Positions 9,447 through 19,471 of a DNA stretch of 64,000 bases are shown here, in pieces. The translations under genes were made by a program, and so were the position numbers. The DNA lies in the IMG/VR virus record IMGVR_UViG_3300036770_006296, positions 62,001-126,000 of that record; one strand, written 5' to 3'. The stretch's first letter is position 1. Every line of letters begins with the position of its first letter. Under the pieces are notes generated by a model. The model worked only from the letters and a program-made list of their open reading frames with translations. It was not told the DNA's origin and ran no database searches.

Positions 9447-9815
9447 TTAAATAGAGCGTACTAATCTAGCCCTTTCTCTCTGATTTTTTGGTAATCCCCC
9501 TCTCCTGCTAGTGGGGAAATAAAATTTTACTGCCCAATCTCCAGATATTTGCTCTGGATATCCATTAGGATCTACCCAATATCCGCTATCATCAAACCCC
9601 ATTATCCCCATATCATAGTATTGTTTTAAAAAGATGATTTCTTTTATTGTGGGAAGTCTCCATCCAGGACCGAGTTCTTCTGCATATTTTATGGCTTCAT
9701 CGTACATGACACGATAATCGAATCTATAATTAGCAGGAACATTAGGATTCTTACTTCTTTCGACCATAACATCCTCTGCCATAACTTCCAATATTCCTAG
9801 ATTGTAGAATTTCAT
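9447..9815 (-). CDS. DUF1566/Lcl-like protein
   Basis: YDEAIKYAEELGPGWRLPTIKEI...YW. Confidence 0.55.
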   Translation of the reverse strand: MKFYNLGILEVMAEDVMVERSKNPNVPANYRFDYRVMYDEAIKYAEELGPGWRLPTIKEIIFLKQYYDMGIMGFDDSGYWVDPNGYPEQISGDWAVKFYFPTSRRGGLPKNQRERARLVRSI

Positions 9816-9818
9816 TAA

Positions 9819-10220
9819 TTAAAGCATCATACTTAGTGCACCCGATACGTCAGAACCAACATTCTTACCATTTAATTTGAATTCTCCGCCTTTTTTAACT
9901 ATTTGGTAATCCCCTCTTTTTGTTTTAATAGAAACAGTATTACATAAATTTCCCCCACGAGTAAAGAAGTTGTGGACTGACTCTTCTAATCCCCCTCTCC
10001 CGTCTGCTTCTCCAAAAAAGCTCATAGAAACACCTCTGCTTTTATTGAGAATTCTAGGAACACCTAGCTGTGAAGCTCTTTCCCTAATTTTATCTATTTC
10101 ATCTCTTGTAAACCAGTTAACAGATCCTTTGGATCTCTTTTCTGATAATTTAGGTATACCGCTATAGGATGTTTTTGGATTATAGCTGGTAAACTCTTCG
10201 AAAAGCTTTAGGTATTTCAT
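9819..10220 (-). CDS. hypothetical CTS-bearing protein (start corrected to 10220)
   Basis: MKYLKLFEEF start with LP ~30 nt upstream. Confidence 0.75.
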   Translation of the reverse strand: MKYLKLFEEFTSYNPKTSYSGIPKLSEKRSKGSVNWFTRDEIDKIRERASQLGVPRILNKSRGVSMSFFGEADGRGGLEESVHNFFTRGGNLCNTVSIKTKRGDYQIVKKGGEFKLNGKNVGSDVSGALSMML

Positions 10221-10256
10221 TTTTATTCCTATATTTACTCTATATATATCATTGAT

Positions 10257-10805
10257 TTGATACTTCCCAATGAGATAAAATACAGATTCGTGAGTGACAT
10301 TGACGTCTCTCACTTAAAAGAAAAGATTATAGCCAATAATCTTGATTGGGATTCATATGATTTTAGACAATTAAGGTACAAGGACCACTCACAAACTAAG
10401 ACTATACCTCTTATATGGTCGGAAAATTTCAGTTCTCCGCAAAAATGGGATCCATATTATTCAATTTTTAAAGGGGATCTAGATAAAATAGAATTGATAA
10501 TAAGATCTTCCTTATGTAAAAGCGGAGATTTTATGAGTGCTATACTTATTAATCTTCCCGCTGGAAAATCTATAACAAGACACGTAGATGCAAATCCAAT
10601 AGGGGACAAGTTTAATAGGTGCCACAGAATACACATTCCTATAATAACAAACTCTGACTGTATATTTGAAATTGATGGAGAGGAGAAAAATATGAAGGAA
10701 GGAGAAATCTGGGAGATAAGCAACGTCAAGAAACCACATAGTGTACAAAACAAAGGTGCATCCGATCGGATACACCTCCTTATAGATTGGGATCCTTTTC
10801 TTTAA
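10257..10805 (+). CDS. aspartyl/asparaginyl beta-hydroxylase-like 2OG-Fe(II) oxygenase
   Basis: LPAGKSITRHVD...HRIHIPIIT...EGEIWEISNVKKPHSVQN...DRIHLLID (HxD...H triad). Confidence 0.85.
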   Translation: MILPNEIKYRFVSDIDVSHLKEKIIANNLDWDSYDFRQLRYKDHSQTKTIPLIWSENFSSPQKWDPYYSIFKGDLDKIELIIRSSLCKSGDFMSAILINLPAGKSITRHVDANPIGDKFNRCHRIHIPIITNSDCIFEIDGEEKNMKEGEIWEISNVKKPHSVQNKGASDRIHLLIDWDPFL

Positions 10806-11494
10806 TCTATTCCAAATCTCCTTAGCATAGATCCTCCTTTACCAGCTCTAACAAGGTCATCATACTCTTCAGGCGAAAGCTTAGCTCTAACTTTATCATC
10901 AACCCCAGAGATTGAAGAAGATGTATCCTTATACATCATAACCCCAGTTTTTGGGTTTTTATCTCTATATCCTTTTACTATGGTATCGGATAACACATCA
11001 GATAATTCTTGAGAAGTTGAATCGAGAGGATATATTTGCCCTGCTATTGCAATTTCATTATCTGAACCTCTTGAAATAACATAAACAACTCCTTCAGTCT
11101 CTATAGCTGCTTGCATGAAATCGTCGTGACATGAAGTACCCTCATAATCAAACACTCTATTCAATATATCGTCAGGATCTATACCAGGATTAGCTAGCAT
11201 TTCATATGAATTTCTGAAAACATCAAAACTTCCCCATTCATCGTAACAGTCTTCTTTAGAGCTCTTCTGACTTTCTTCCCAATCTGCATATGCTTCATCA
11301 TATTCTTCTGATGTTTCATAGTCATCCTCATCCGGCGCCTCATCCACATCGTAATCCCCCATATGCCATGCACTGTATCCGGATTCACAATAATCTTCAA
11401 CTAAAGTATCATAGTCAAGGGGTTCTTCACCATTGGTTGATTCCGGATATCCATAGTGTCCATCAGGAACGAATATAAACTTCTTTATTTTCAT
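10802..11494 (-). CDS. highly acidic protein with C-terminal KG-tag
   Basis: PDEDDYETSEEYDEAYADWEE; ends KGGSMLRRFGID; LP upstream. Confidence 0.85.
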   Translation of the reverse strand: MKIKKFIFVPDGHYGYPESTNGEEPLDYDTLVEDYCESGYSAWHMGDYDVDEAPDEDDYETSEEYDEAYADWEESQKSSKEDCYDEWGSFDVFRNSYEMLANPGIDPDDILNRVFDYEGTSCHDDFMQAAIETEGVVYVISRGSDNEIAIAGQIYPLDSTSQELSDVLSDTIVKGYRDKNPKTGVMMYKDTSSSISGVDDKVRAKLSPEEYDDLVRAGKGGSMLRRFGID

Positions 11495-11511
11495 TTTTTT
11501 GATTTATATCA

Positions 11512-12072
11512 TTATTTATCCATATTTCGAATTAAAAAATAAAGCTCCTTTGGAAATTCTGGTATGTCCCCTATGGAATTAAGATCGAAAACTGATCTGC
11601 CTAAGAATTTGTAAGATTTTCCCATGAATTCAGAAGGGGAAGTAAATGATTTTCCATTAAAAAGCACATCAAAATTGATGTTGCCGTGCTTACTCGCATA
11701 AATGTTTCGCATTTTCCATCCCTTAGGAACCCTAAAATATAGATGGAGACCTCCATTCATAGTGGTTTCCACCAGGAAATCTTTGATTTTTAGCGAATTT
11801 TCCTCTAAAATCCCCATGAATTCATCTACTGAATGCGGTGTTCCCTCTATATCTAAGCACATAATACCTGAATCCTTCAGGCAGATACCCAGAAAATTAT
11901 ACCCCTGATAGTTTTCTCTGAAATTTTCTGCGATATCAACAGAAAAATAAACGGAATCTTTGTGTAATTTTCTTATTCCTAACTCTTTTTCTATCTTACA
12001 TATTTTTGTTTCGATGCCTAAGCCGTACCACTTGATACAGTGTCTTAAAATCTCTGATATTTTATCTCTCAT
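11512..12072 (-). CDS. stand-alone Prim-Pol (bifunctional primase/polymerase N-terminal) domain
   Basis: GIMCLDIEG...VETTMNGGLHLYFR...DV...SPS. Confidence 0.75.
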   Translation of the reverse strand: MRDKISEILRHCIKWYGLGIETKICKIEKELGIRKLHKDSVYFSVDIAENFRENYQGYNFLGICLKDSGIMCLDIEGTPHSVDEFMGILEENSLKIKDFLVETTMNGGLHLYFRVPKGWKMRNIYASKHGNINFDVLFNGKSFTSPSEFMGKSYKFLGRSVFDLNSIGDIPEFPKELYFLIRNMDK

Positions 12073-12182
12073 TTCTATTTTTATAGAGAAAATAGAGTAA
12101 AGATTTCAACAAAAAAGCCCCTATCTCTAGGGGCTAGCTGTAAATCGTAGATCTTCTCTACCTTGTCCTGAGACAATATTTA

Positions 12183-12896
12183 TTAGTTATTTAATGGGTG
12201 TGATAAGAAGTCCTTAGCCACCTTTGCTATTGATATCTTTGTTTTTAATTTGTCCTTCAATTCCATATTCTCCTCTGGTTTACTAAGGGCTTCTCCAACA
12301 AATTCATTTAATTCTTCGGACTCTAAATCTGAAAGACCATATCCAGCAAATATCTTTTCCAATCGGGATAGAAATTCGCCACCCTCTAGGGTTCCAACCA
12401 AAATGCTGTGAGCCAATATGAAGAAATTCTGTGTGTCTACTAAGAAACTATCGTCGCTGCTTTCGTAAACATCATAGAATGCCTTTAATACCACGCCAGA
12501 CTCCTCATCCTTGAGAAATAATATGAGCTTCTGTAACTCCTCAAATACTTCTTTATTAAGTCCATCAAAGTATTTGTTCAGTTCGTATTTATTAACATCA
12601 TATTTCGGTACTGGACTTTCGTCCTCATCAATCATTAAGTGTGTGGGATCCTGCATCACCACTTTGTATATTTTCTCGTGATACCAATTCTGATATTCCT
12701 GCAGTGCGTTGAGCGCCACATTTTGTACCATATCACGGTATTGATTACCTCCATTAATGTAAATCACTGCAGCTCTTTTAATAAGTGCAGCGGCTCTATC
12801 ATTTCTAGTGTCCTTTTCGTTGATCCCTTCTAGTTCGTGTGAAAGCAAAAGAATATCTAATCCGAAGAAAAACCTTGCTTTGTCTTTTTTTTCCAT
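12183..12896 (-). CDS. hypothetical helical protein (start corrected)
   Basis: ATG after A-rich leader downstream of a - strand EP (~12915-12958); terminator ~12114-12135. Confidence 0.75.
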   Translation of the reverse strand: MEKKDKARFFFGLDILLLSHELEGINEKDTRNDRAAALIKRAAVIYINGGNQYRDMVQNVALNALQEYQNWYHEKIYKVVMQDPTHLMIDEDESPVPKYDVNKYELNKYFDGLNKEVFEELQKLILFLKDEESGVVLKAFYDVYESSDDSFLVDTQNFFILAHSILVGTLEGGEFLSRLEKIFAGYGLSDLESEELNEFVGEALSKPEENMELKDKLKTKISIAKVAKDFLSHPLNN

Positions 12897-12962
12897 ATTT
12901 CTATTAATTTTTCTTTCCAAATGTAGAGTATCGAATCTGGTTAAAAAAAAGATTTCATAAAA

Positions 12963-13691
12963 TTAATATTCACCAAATCTCCTAAGCATTCTTGATCCCT
13001 TAAAAGCCTCTTCTGGTGTTTCTCCAAAGAATAATTTTATCCTGTCCTCTAGATGAGGATAAGCTTTTATAGTTCTATGTGCCACTATGGTGAATTCAGA
13101 GAAAGATGTTTTATCAAGAATGTCCTTCAACATAGTAACAATATCGTCATCCGAAACATCCCTTATTCCTATAATCAATTTCTCCTCGTGCTGGTAGTTG
13201 CTTCTTCTCTTGCCATTCCTGAAATTAATGGAATATATTCTACTTCTATTTGGATGATCAATATCTTCAAGGTCCGATGTTCCATAATCAAGCGCTCCAG
13301 TTTCATCTACCATTTCATCATATTCTCCCATACCACCACTCTGATAGAAATCATAAAAAGCCTCCATCTCATCGATGTCCATAAGCCTCCAATTAGTAGC
13401 AGATCCACTCAATGACTCTGGTGTGTTGTGCCAGTCTTTCCCGAGCAGGATCTTCTCTCCCTCGCTGACTTTTCTAAAAGTAAGCATCCCTGGAACAAGC
13501 ACAATCTTATTTCTAAAACGTGGATCGTCAACTAGAAAAACCTGATGCACTGCATAATCTTTATGAAAATTCGAATATTGACAAAGATCCACGGGGATTA
13601 TCCTTCCCATTTCTTTATCTGATAGATCCATTCTAGGGGATTTGTCTATTCCTTCACTTAACATTTCGTAGTATCCCTTGATGTGTTTCAT
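12963..13691 (-). CDS. hypothetical protein, CTS and C-terminal KG-tag
   Basis: MKHIKGYYEMLSE...; ends KGSRMLRRFGEY. Confidence 0.85.
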   Translation of the reverse strand: MKHIKGYYEMLSEGIDKSPRMDLSDKEMGRIIPVDLCQYSNFHKDYAVHQVFLVDDPRFRNKIVLVPGMLTFRKVSEGEKILLGKDWHNTPESLSGSATNWRLMDIDEMEAFYDFYQSGGMGEYDEMVDETGALDYGTSDLEDIDHPNRSRIYSINFRNGKRRSNYQHEEKLIIGIRDVSDDDIVTMLKDILDKTSFSEFTIVAHRTIKAYPHLEDRIKLFFGETPEEAFKGSRMLRRFGEY

Positions 13692-13810
13692 TTTGTAAAT
13701 GTAGTTATTTATTTATCCAACAAAAAATGATTTCTAATTCTAATTCTATTTAATCAAAACTTAACGCTAAATAAGTTATTTACCAGCAATTGTTGCCATA
13801 TATAAATTAA

Positions 13811-14488
13811 ATGAATTGCAATTTAAGTATAGTTATTCCTTGTAAAAACGAGGAAGATATAATAATAGAAACTTTAAAGTCTATAAAAAAAAGAGAGAAA
13901 TACAAAATAATTGTAGCTGACTGCTCTACCGACAAAACCAAGGAATTGATAAAAAATCACGATGCTTCTATAGAAATAGTAGATGGTGGATTACCCGCAG
14001 TAGCAAGAAATAAAGGAGCTTCTCATTCATCATCTGATCTCATACTCTTCATGGATGCTGATATGAACATATCAAATATAGATCTAGATGACATAATATC
14101 AGATTTTGAGAAAAAAAATCTTGATCTCGCTACTTGTAAGATAACAGTAGATGGATTTTTCTACAAGATACCCTATTTTTTATTCTATATAGCTCAAAAA
14201 ATAATCTCATTAAAAACTCCATTCGCTGTGGGAGGGTTCATGCTTTTTAGAAAGAGTGAATTTGATAAAATGTGTGGATTTAACGAGAACGATAAGTTTG
14301 CAGAGGACTATCATCTTTCAATGAAAATAGACCCTAGAAAATTTAAAATATACAACAAAAATATCTCAACATCAAACAGAAGACTTAAAAATAAATCAAT
14401 ATTCTACATGGTAAAAATGATGACTCTTTGCTGGATTAATAGGTACAATGATGACTTCTATAAAAAAGATTACAACTACTGGAAATAA
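13811..14488 (+). CDS. glycosyltransferase family 2
   Basis: SIVIPCKNEE...IIVADCSTD...ARNKGA...LFMDAD...GGFMLFRK..F...FAED. Confidence 0.9.
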   Translation: MNCNLSIVIPCKNEEDIIIETLKSIKKREKYKIIVADCSTDKTKELIKNHDASIEIVDGGLPAVARNKGASHSSSDLILFMDADMNISNIDLDDIISDFEKKNLDLATCKITVDGFFYKIPYFLFYIAQKIISLKTPFAVGGFMLFRKSEFDKMCGFNENDKFAEDYHLSMKIDPRKFKIYNKNISTSNRRLKNKSIFYMVKMMTLCWINRYNDDFYKKDYNYWK

Positions 14489-14512
14489 CAAACTGTGCTA
14501 AATACATTTTAT

Positions 14513-15226
14513 ATGAAAAAGTGGAGAACTATAATAATGAGTGATTTGCATCTAGGTGCAAGACAATCTCAAACAGATAAGATATTAAAATTCTTGAACG
14601 AAAACGAATCAGATATCCTAATATTAAATGGAGACATAATAGATGGATGGGCTTTGAAATCAGGGGGAAAATGGAAAAAAGACTGTTCCAAGATTTTTAG
14701 AAAATTTATGAAGAGAAGTGAAGATGGAACCAAAGTGATTTATATAAGGGGAAACCACGACGATTTTTTAAAACCTTTTGTTCCTTTTAAACTTAACAAT
14801 ATAGAAATGCTTAGAAAATATATCCATATAGGAATAGATGGAAGGAAATACTTTTGCTTTCACGGTGACGTTTTAGATTTTGTTATAATGAAAGCTAGGT
14901 GGCTAGCCGTTATAGGAGGATGGTCATATGATCTAGTAATTAAATTAAACACAGGGTATAACTACATCAGAAAAAAATTAAACCTCCCTTATCATTCACT
15001 AGCTAACACAATAAAACAGTCAGTAAAAGGAGCAATAAATTTTGTGTCCAATTTTGAGGAAAATGCTAAGGGATTAACCAAACAAAAGGGATATGATGTT
15101 GCAGTTTGTGGTCATATACATCAACCAAAAATAGATAAAGAATATATGAACTCCGGCGATTTTTGTGAGAACTCAACCTGTTTAGTGGAGGATATAAATG
15201 GTAATTGGAAAATTATACATCTATAG
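14513..15226 (+). CDS. LpxH-like (UDP-2,3-diacylglucosamine diphosphatase family) metallophosphoesterase
   Basis: SDLHLG, GDIIDG, RGNHD, FHGD, CGHIH, NSGDF motifs. Confidence 0.88.
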   Translation: MKKWRTIIMSDLHLGARQSQTDKILKFLNENESDILILNGDIIDGWALKSGGKWKKDCSKIFRKFMKRSEDGTKVIYIRGNHDDFLKPFVPFKLNNIEMLRKYIHIGIDGRKYFCFHGDVLDFVIMKARWLAVIGGWSYDLVIKLNTGYNYIRKKLNLPYHSLANTIKQSVKGAINFVSNFEENAKGLTKQKGYDVAVCGHIHQPKIDKEYMNSGDFCENSTCLVEDINGNWKIIHL

Positions 15227-15252
15227 ATTATTTATCCAATAAAAAATGATTT

Positions 15253-15600
15253 CTAAGCTCCTAATCTTTTAACCATCAATTTAAAGAGCCTCATACTATC
15301 AATTCCAGGTAGATCGGAATCCTGGGGATCATCAGTTCTAAACTCTTTAAGAATCACTTTCTGAATACCTTCGAACTCTGTGTCTTTTGGTATATCCCAA
15401 AAAGAGATGTAATATATGTTTATAAAATCTCCCCTAAAAGTGACTCTTGGCGGAATATGAAGTACACCGCTTATGTATAGAACATTATATAAGCCTCGCT
15501 TTTTCGTAACGGGGACGGATACTACTATTCTATCATCAATCAGATCTGCTCTATACCCAAGCTCCTCAATTTCACCCAAGAATTTCTTTGTCACATTCAT
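15253..15600 (-). CDS. terminal member of LRR-20 array; conserved ends, non-LRR core
   Basis: KKFLGEIEELGY...GIDSMRLFKLMVKR. Confidence 0.8.
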   Translation of the reverse strand: MNVTKKFLGEIEELGYRADLIDDRIVVSVPVTKKRGLYNVLYISGVLHIPPRVTFRGDFINIYYISFWDIPKDTEFEGIQKVILKEFRTDDPQDSDLPGIDSMRLFKLMVKRLGA

Positions 15601-16040
15601 AAAAATACCCCTTGTTTAACCATAAGCTTAAATAATCTCTTGGTGTGTATATCATCTATAGATCCTTCCCATGATTCACCCCAATCACCAGATGTGCTAA
15701 ACATATATGTTCCACCCCTTTGATACCCAAGCATAATCTTACTCTTTCCGTTATTGAAAACAGTGGAGGGATGTATCTTAATACCTTGGTCGTATAATCC
15801 CAAAACAATATTGCCACCATTGTTAAATTGAACACCCTCAGGAATCTCCTGTAGCTCCGTTAGATGAACATTACCCTTGTTATTAAAGATAACACCAGAA
15901 GGCAGAGACTTTAAGTGATTAATGCCCACGTTCCACTTGTAAGCAAGCCCATTAGATCCAGTGATCTCAATCTCGTTGCCCAAGATATTATAAGTGATCT
16001 TATCACTATCTAACTGTTCTATAAATTCTTCCCTTGTCAT
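15597..16040 (-). CDS. LRR-20 array protein, ~3 degenerate repeats
   Basis: MTREEFI...LPSGVIFNNKG...KRLFKLMVKQGVFL. Confidence 0.85.
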   Translation of the reverse strand: MTREEFIEQLDSDKITYNILGNEIEITGSNGLAYKWNVGINHLKSLPSGVIFNNKGNVHLTELQEIPEGVQFNNGGNIVLGLYDQGIKIHPSTVFNNGKSKIMLGYQRGGTYMFSTSGDWGESWEGSIDDIHTKRLFKLMVKQGVFL

Positions 16041-16504
16041 ATAAATAAGCCTCTTTTAATCATCAAGTTCAATAACCTCTTACTATCTATTCCCTCTATG
16101 TTACCTTCCCAATTTTTAAACCATACAACATAATTCCCCATTAATGACTCCAAATAGACACTCCCTTCATTCTTAAACTCCACACCAGGCGGAAGGGTTT
16201 TTAATGAGTCCAAATAGACACTCCCTTCATTCTTAAACTCCACACCAGGAGAAATGGTTTCTAATGAGTTCAAATAGACACCCCCTTCATTCTTAAACTC
16301 CACACCAGGAGGAAGGGTTTTTAATGAGCTCAAATAGACATTCCCTCCATTCTTAAACTCCACACCAGAAGGAAGGGTTTCTAATAATGAGTTCAAAAAG
16401 ACAGTCCCATTCCTATCTCCTCTAGTCACCACTAGCTTATCTCCTTTTATCTCGTAGGAGTAACCTTCCTTATCTAACTTCTTTATAAACTTTTCTTGTG
16501 TCAT
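16037..16504 (-). CDS. LRR-20 array protein, 4 repeats
   Basis: VxLxSLxTLPPGVEFKNEG units at 60-bp period. Confidence 0.9.
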   Translation of the reverse strand: MTQEKFIKKLDKEGYSYEIKGDKLVVTRGDRNGTVFLNSLLETLPSGVEFKNGGNVYLSSLKTLPPGVEFKNEGGVYLNSLETISPGVEFKNEGSVYLDSLKTLPPGVEFKNEGSVYLESLMGNYVVWFKNWEGNIEGIDSKRLLNLMIKRGLFI

Positions 16505-16947
16505 ATAAATAAGCCTCTTTTAATCATCACGTTCAATAACATCTTACTATCGATACCTTCTATGTTACCAGTCCATGTATAAATCCATCCTCTGATTAGT
16601 GATTCCAAATAGACACCACCTTCATTCTTAAACCCCACACCAGGGGAAATACTAGTTAGTGATCTCAAACTGACATATCCCTCATTATTAAACTCCATAC
16701 CAGATGGAAGACTAGTTAGTGAATCCAACCAGAGATCCCCTACATTCTTAAACTCAATACCAGGAGGAAGTGTAGTTAATGAGTTCAATTCGACATATCC
16801 TTCATTCCTAAACACCACATCAGAAGGAAGACTATCTAGTAATCTCAAATCGACCCACCGTTTATGATTAATAACTATCTTATCTCCTTCTATCTTGTAG
16901 GAGTAACCTTTCTCTTCTAATATCTCTATAAATTCTTCTCTTGTCAT
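16501..16947 (-). CDS. LRR-20 array protein, 4 repeats
   Basis: Same N-cap, repeats and C-cap; ATGA overlaps. Confidence 0.9.
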   Translation of the reverse strand: MTREEFIEILEEKGYSYKIEGDKIVINHKRWVDLRLLDSLPSDVVFRNEGYVELNSLTTLPPGIEFKNVGDLWLDSLTSLPSGMEFNNEGYVSLRSLTSISPGVGFKNEGGVYLESLIRGWIYTWTGNIEGIDSKMLLNVMIKRGLFI

Positions 16948-17336
16948 ATAAACATTCCCTTACTTATCATGTAGTTCAATAGCCTCTTATTATCTATTCC
17001 TTCTATGTTACCAGTCCATTTATGAAAGTATCCTCCGATTAATGATCCCAAATAGACATCCCCTCCATTCTTAAACACAACACCAGGAGGAAGGGTTTTT
17101 AATGAATTCAAAAAGACATTGCCATTATTCCTAAACTCCACACCAGGAGAAATGGTTTTTAATAAGTCCAAACTGACATAACCTTTATTCATAAACACCA
17201 CTTCAGGAGGAATGGTTTCTAATGAGCCAAAAATAAAACCCCCAATTAAACCCCCTACAACCACTATCTTATCACCTTCTATATTGTAGGGGCAACCTTC
17301 CTTATTTAATATTCCTACAAACTCTTCTCTTGTCAT
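16944..17336 (-). CDS. LRR-20 array protein, 3 repeats
   Basis: Same architecture. Confidence 0.9.
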   Translation of the reverse strand: MTREEFVGILNKEGCPYNIEGDKIVVVGGLIGGFIFGSLETIPPEVVFMNKGYVSLDLLKTISPGVEFRNNGNVFLNSLKTLPPGVVFKNGGDVYLGSLIGGYFHKWTGNIEGIDNKRLLNYMISKGMFI

Positions 17337-17848
17337 ATAAACACACCTTGCTTAATCATCAAGTTCAGAAGCCTCTTACTATCTATTCCCTCTATGTTAC
17401 CTTCCCATTTACTAAACCGAACAAACCGCCCTCCAACTAATGATCTCAAATCGACATCCCCTTCATTCTTAAACTCCACACCAGGAGGAAGGGTTTTTAA
17501 TGAGCTCAAATTGACACCCCCTTCATTCCTAAACACCACGCCAGGAGAAATGGTTTGTAATGATGACAAATCGACATACCCCTCATTCCTAAACACCACG
17601 CCAGGCGGAAGGGTTTTTAATGAGCGCAAATAGACATGCCCTTCATTCTTAAACTCCACACCAGGGGGAAGTGTTTCTAATGATCTCAAATCGACATCCC
17701 CTCCATTATTAAACTCCACGCCAGGGGGAAGGGTTTGTAATGAGCGCAAATAGACATCCCCTCTATGAGTAACAATTATCAGATCTCCCACAATCTCGTA
17801 GGAGTAACCTTTCTCTTCTAATATCTCTATAAATTCTTCTCTAGTCAT
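17333..17848 (-). CDS. LRR-20 array protein, 5 repeats
   Basis: Same architecture. Confidence 0.9.
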   Translation of the reverse strand: MTREEFIEILEEKGYSYEIVGDLIIVTHRGDVYLRSLQTLPPGVEFNNGGDVDLRSLETLPPGVEFKNEGHVYLRSLKTLPPGVVFRNEGYVDLSSLQTISPGVVFRNEGGVNLSSLKTLPPGVEFKNEGDVDLRSLVGGRFVRFSKWEGNIEGIDSKRLLNLMIKQGVFI

Positions 17849-18288
17849 ATAAATAAGCCTCTTTTAATCATCACGTTCAATAACATCTTACTATCTACCC
17901 CTTCTATGTTACCTTCCCATTTACTAAAATAACCCCCAACTAATGATCCCCATTTACTAAAATAACCCCCAATTAATGATCCCAAATTGACATTCCCTCC
18001 ATTATTAAACTCCACTCCAGGAAGAAGCTCCTCCACATGATATAAAATAGCATCCCCACCATTATTAAACACCACACCAGAAGGCATAACTTTTACACTC
18101 CTTAAGTCGACATCACCTTTATTATTAAACTCAACATTAGGAGGAATGCTACTTATTGAGCTTAGCCAAACATTGCCATTATTATCATCGATCCTCCCAG
18201 TATTAACCACTATCTTATCACCTTCGTTACCGTAGGTGTAATAGTAATCCATCTGTTCTAATACATCTATAAATTCCTCTCTTGTCAT
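17845..18288 (-). CDS. LRR-20 array protein, 3 repeats plus 33-bp tandem duplication
   Basis: GSL(I/V)GGYFSKW twice (17916-17981). Confidence 0.9.
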   Translation of the reverse strand: MTREEFIDVLEQMDYYYTYGNEGDKIVVNTGRIDDNNGNVWLSSISSIPPNVEFNNKGDVDLRSVKVMPSGVVFNNGGDAILYHVEELLPGVEFNNGGNVNLGSLIGGYFSKWGSLVGGYFSKWEGNIEGVDSKMLLNVMIKRGLFI

Positions 18289-18980
18289 ATAAATAAGCCT
18301 CTTTTAATCATCAAGTTCAGAAGCCTCTTACTATCTATTCCATCTATGTTACCTTCCCATTCATCAAATCGACCACCAAATAATGAATCAAAATAGACAT
18401 CCCCTCCATTCTTAAACTCCACACCAGGAGGAAGGGTTTCTAATGATTTAAGATAGACATCCCCCCAATTATTAAACTCCACACCAGGAGGAAGGGTTTT
18501 TAATGATCTCAAATCGACATCCCCTTCATTCTTAAACTCCACACCAGGAGGAAGGGTTTTTAATGATCTCAACCAGACATCCCCTCCATTCTTAAACTCC
18601 ACACCAGGAGGAAGGGTTTCTAATGAGTTCAAATTGACATACCCTCCATTCTTAAACTCCACACCATGAGGAAGGGTTTTTAATGAGTGCAAATTGACAT
18701 ACCCTCCATTCTTAAACTCCACACTAGTAGAAAGGGTTTTCAAAAAATTCAGAAAGACATTGCCATTATTCATAAATACCACCCCAGGAGGAAGGGTTTC
18801 TAATGATTCCAAATTGACATTCCCTCTATTATTAAACTCCACACCAGGAGGAAGGGTTTGTAATGATTGCAATTCGACACTCCCATATAACCCTCCTCCA
18901 GTCACCACTAGCTTATCTCCTTTTATCTCGTAGGAGTAACCTTTATTTTTTAATATCTTTATAAAAGCTTCCCTAGTCAT
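18285..18980 (-). CDS. LRR-20 array protein, 8 repeats
   Basis: 60-bp repeats visible line by line over 18361-18890. Confidence 0.9.
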   Translation of the reverse strand: MTREAFIKILKNKGYSYEIKGDKLVVTGGGLYGSVELQSLQTLPPGVEFNNRGNVNLESLETLPPGVVFMNNGNVFLNFLKTLSTSVEFKNGGYVNLHSLKTLPHGVEFKNGGYVNLNSLETLPPGVEFKNGGDVWLRSLKTLPPGVEFKNEGDVDLRSLKTLPPGVEFNNWGDVYLKSLETLPPGVEFKNGGDVYFDSLFGGRFDEWEGNIDGIDSKRLLNLMIKRGLFI

Positions 18981-19444
18981 ATAAACACCCCTTGTTTAAT
19001 CATCAAGTTCAATAACCTATTACTATCTATTCCATCTATGTTACCTTCCCATTCATCAAATCGACCACCAAATAATGAGTCCAATTCGACCTCACCTCCA
19101 TTCTTAAAAACAACATCAGGAGAAATACTAGTTAGTGATTCTAAAACGACATACCCTCTATTATTAAACTCCACACTAGTAGAAAGGGTTTTCAAAAAAT
19201 TCAGAAAGACATTGCCATTATTCATAAATACCACACCAGAAGGAAGGGTTTTCAAAAAATTCAGAAAGACATTGCCATTATTCATAAATACCACATCAGG
19301 AGGAATAGTATCTAATTCTTCCCACTCTTCTATTGAATCCAAATAAACATCACCATCTTCTGTAACCACTATCTTGTCCCCTTCAATCTCGTAGGAGTAA
19401 CCTTTAAGATCTTCTAATACCTTGATAAATTCTTCCTGTGTCAT
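18977..19444 (-). CDS. LRR-20 array protein, 4 repeats
   Basis: Shares a 71-bp identical block with the preceding gene. Confidence 0.9.
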   Translation of the reverse strand: MTQEEFIKVLEDLKGYSYEIEGDKIVVTEDGDVYLDSIEEWEELDTIPPDVVFMNNGNVFLNFLKTLPSGVVFMNNGNVFLNFLKTLSTSVEFNNRGYVVLESLTSISPDVVFKNGGEVELDSLFGGRFDEWEGNIDGIDSNRLLNLMIKQGVFI

Positions 19445-19471
19445 ATAAATAATATGTTTTAATATATTTCA

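Larger units (their letters stand above)
13709..15256. repeat. 29-bp direct repeats (28/29) flanking the GT2/phosphoesterase pair
   Basis: TTATTTATCCAA(C/T)AAAAAATGATTTCTAA at 13709-13737 and 15228-15256. Confidence 0.85.

Noticed and set aside
17394-19346. + strand ORFs 17394..17633, 18694..18933 and 19038..19346
   Set aside because: Antisense shadows of the LRR repeats.
15253-19444. Diversity-generating retroelement acting on the LRR-20 repeats (several variable codons fit AAT to NNT)
   Set aside because: No reverse transcriptase or invariant template repeat in the window; variants such as TGG, GAA and AGA only fit if every codon was AAA; recombination explains the identical blocks. Re-check if an RT exists elsewhere in the genome.
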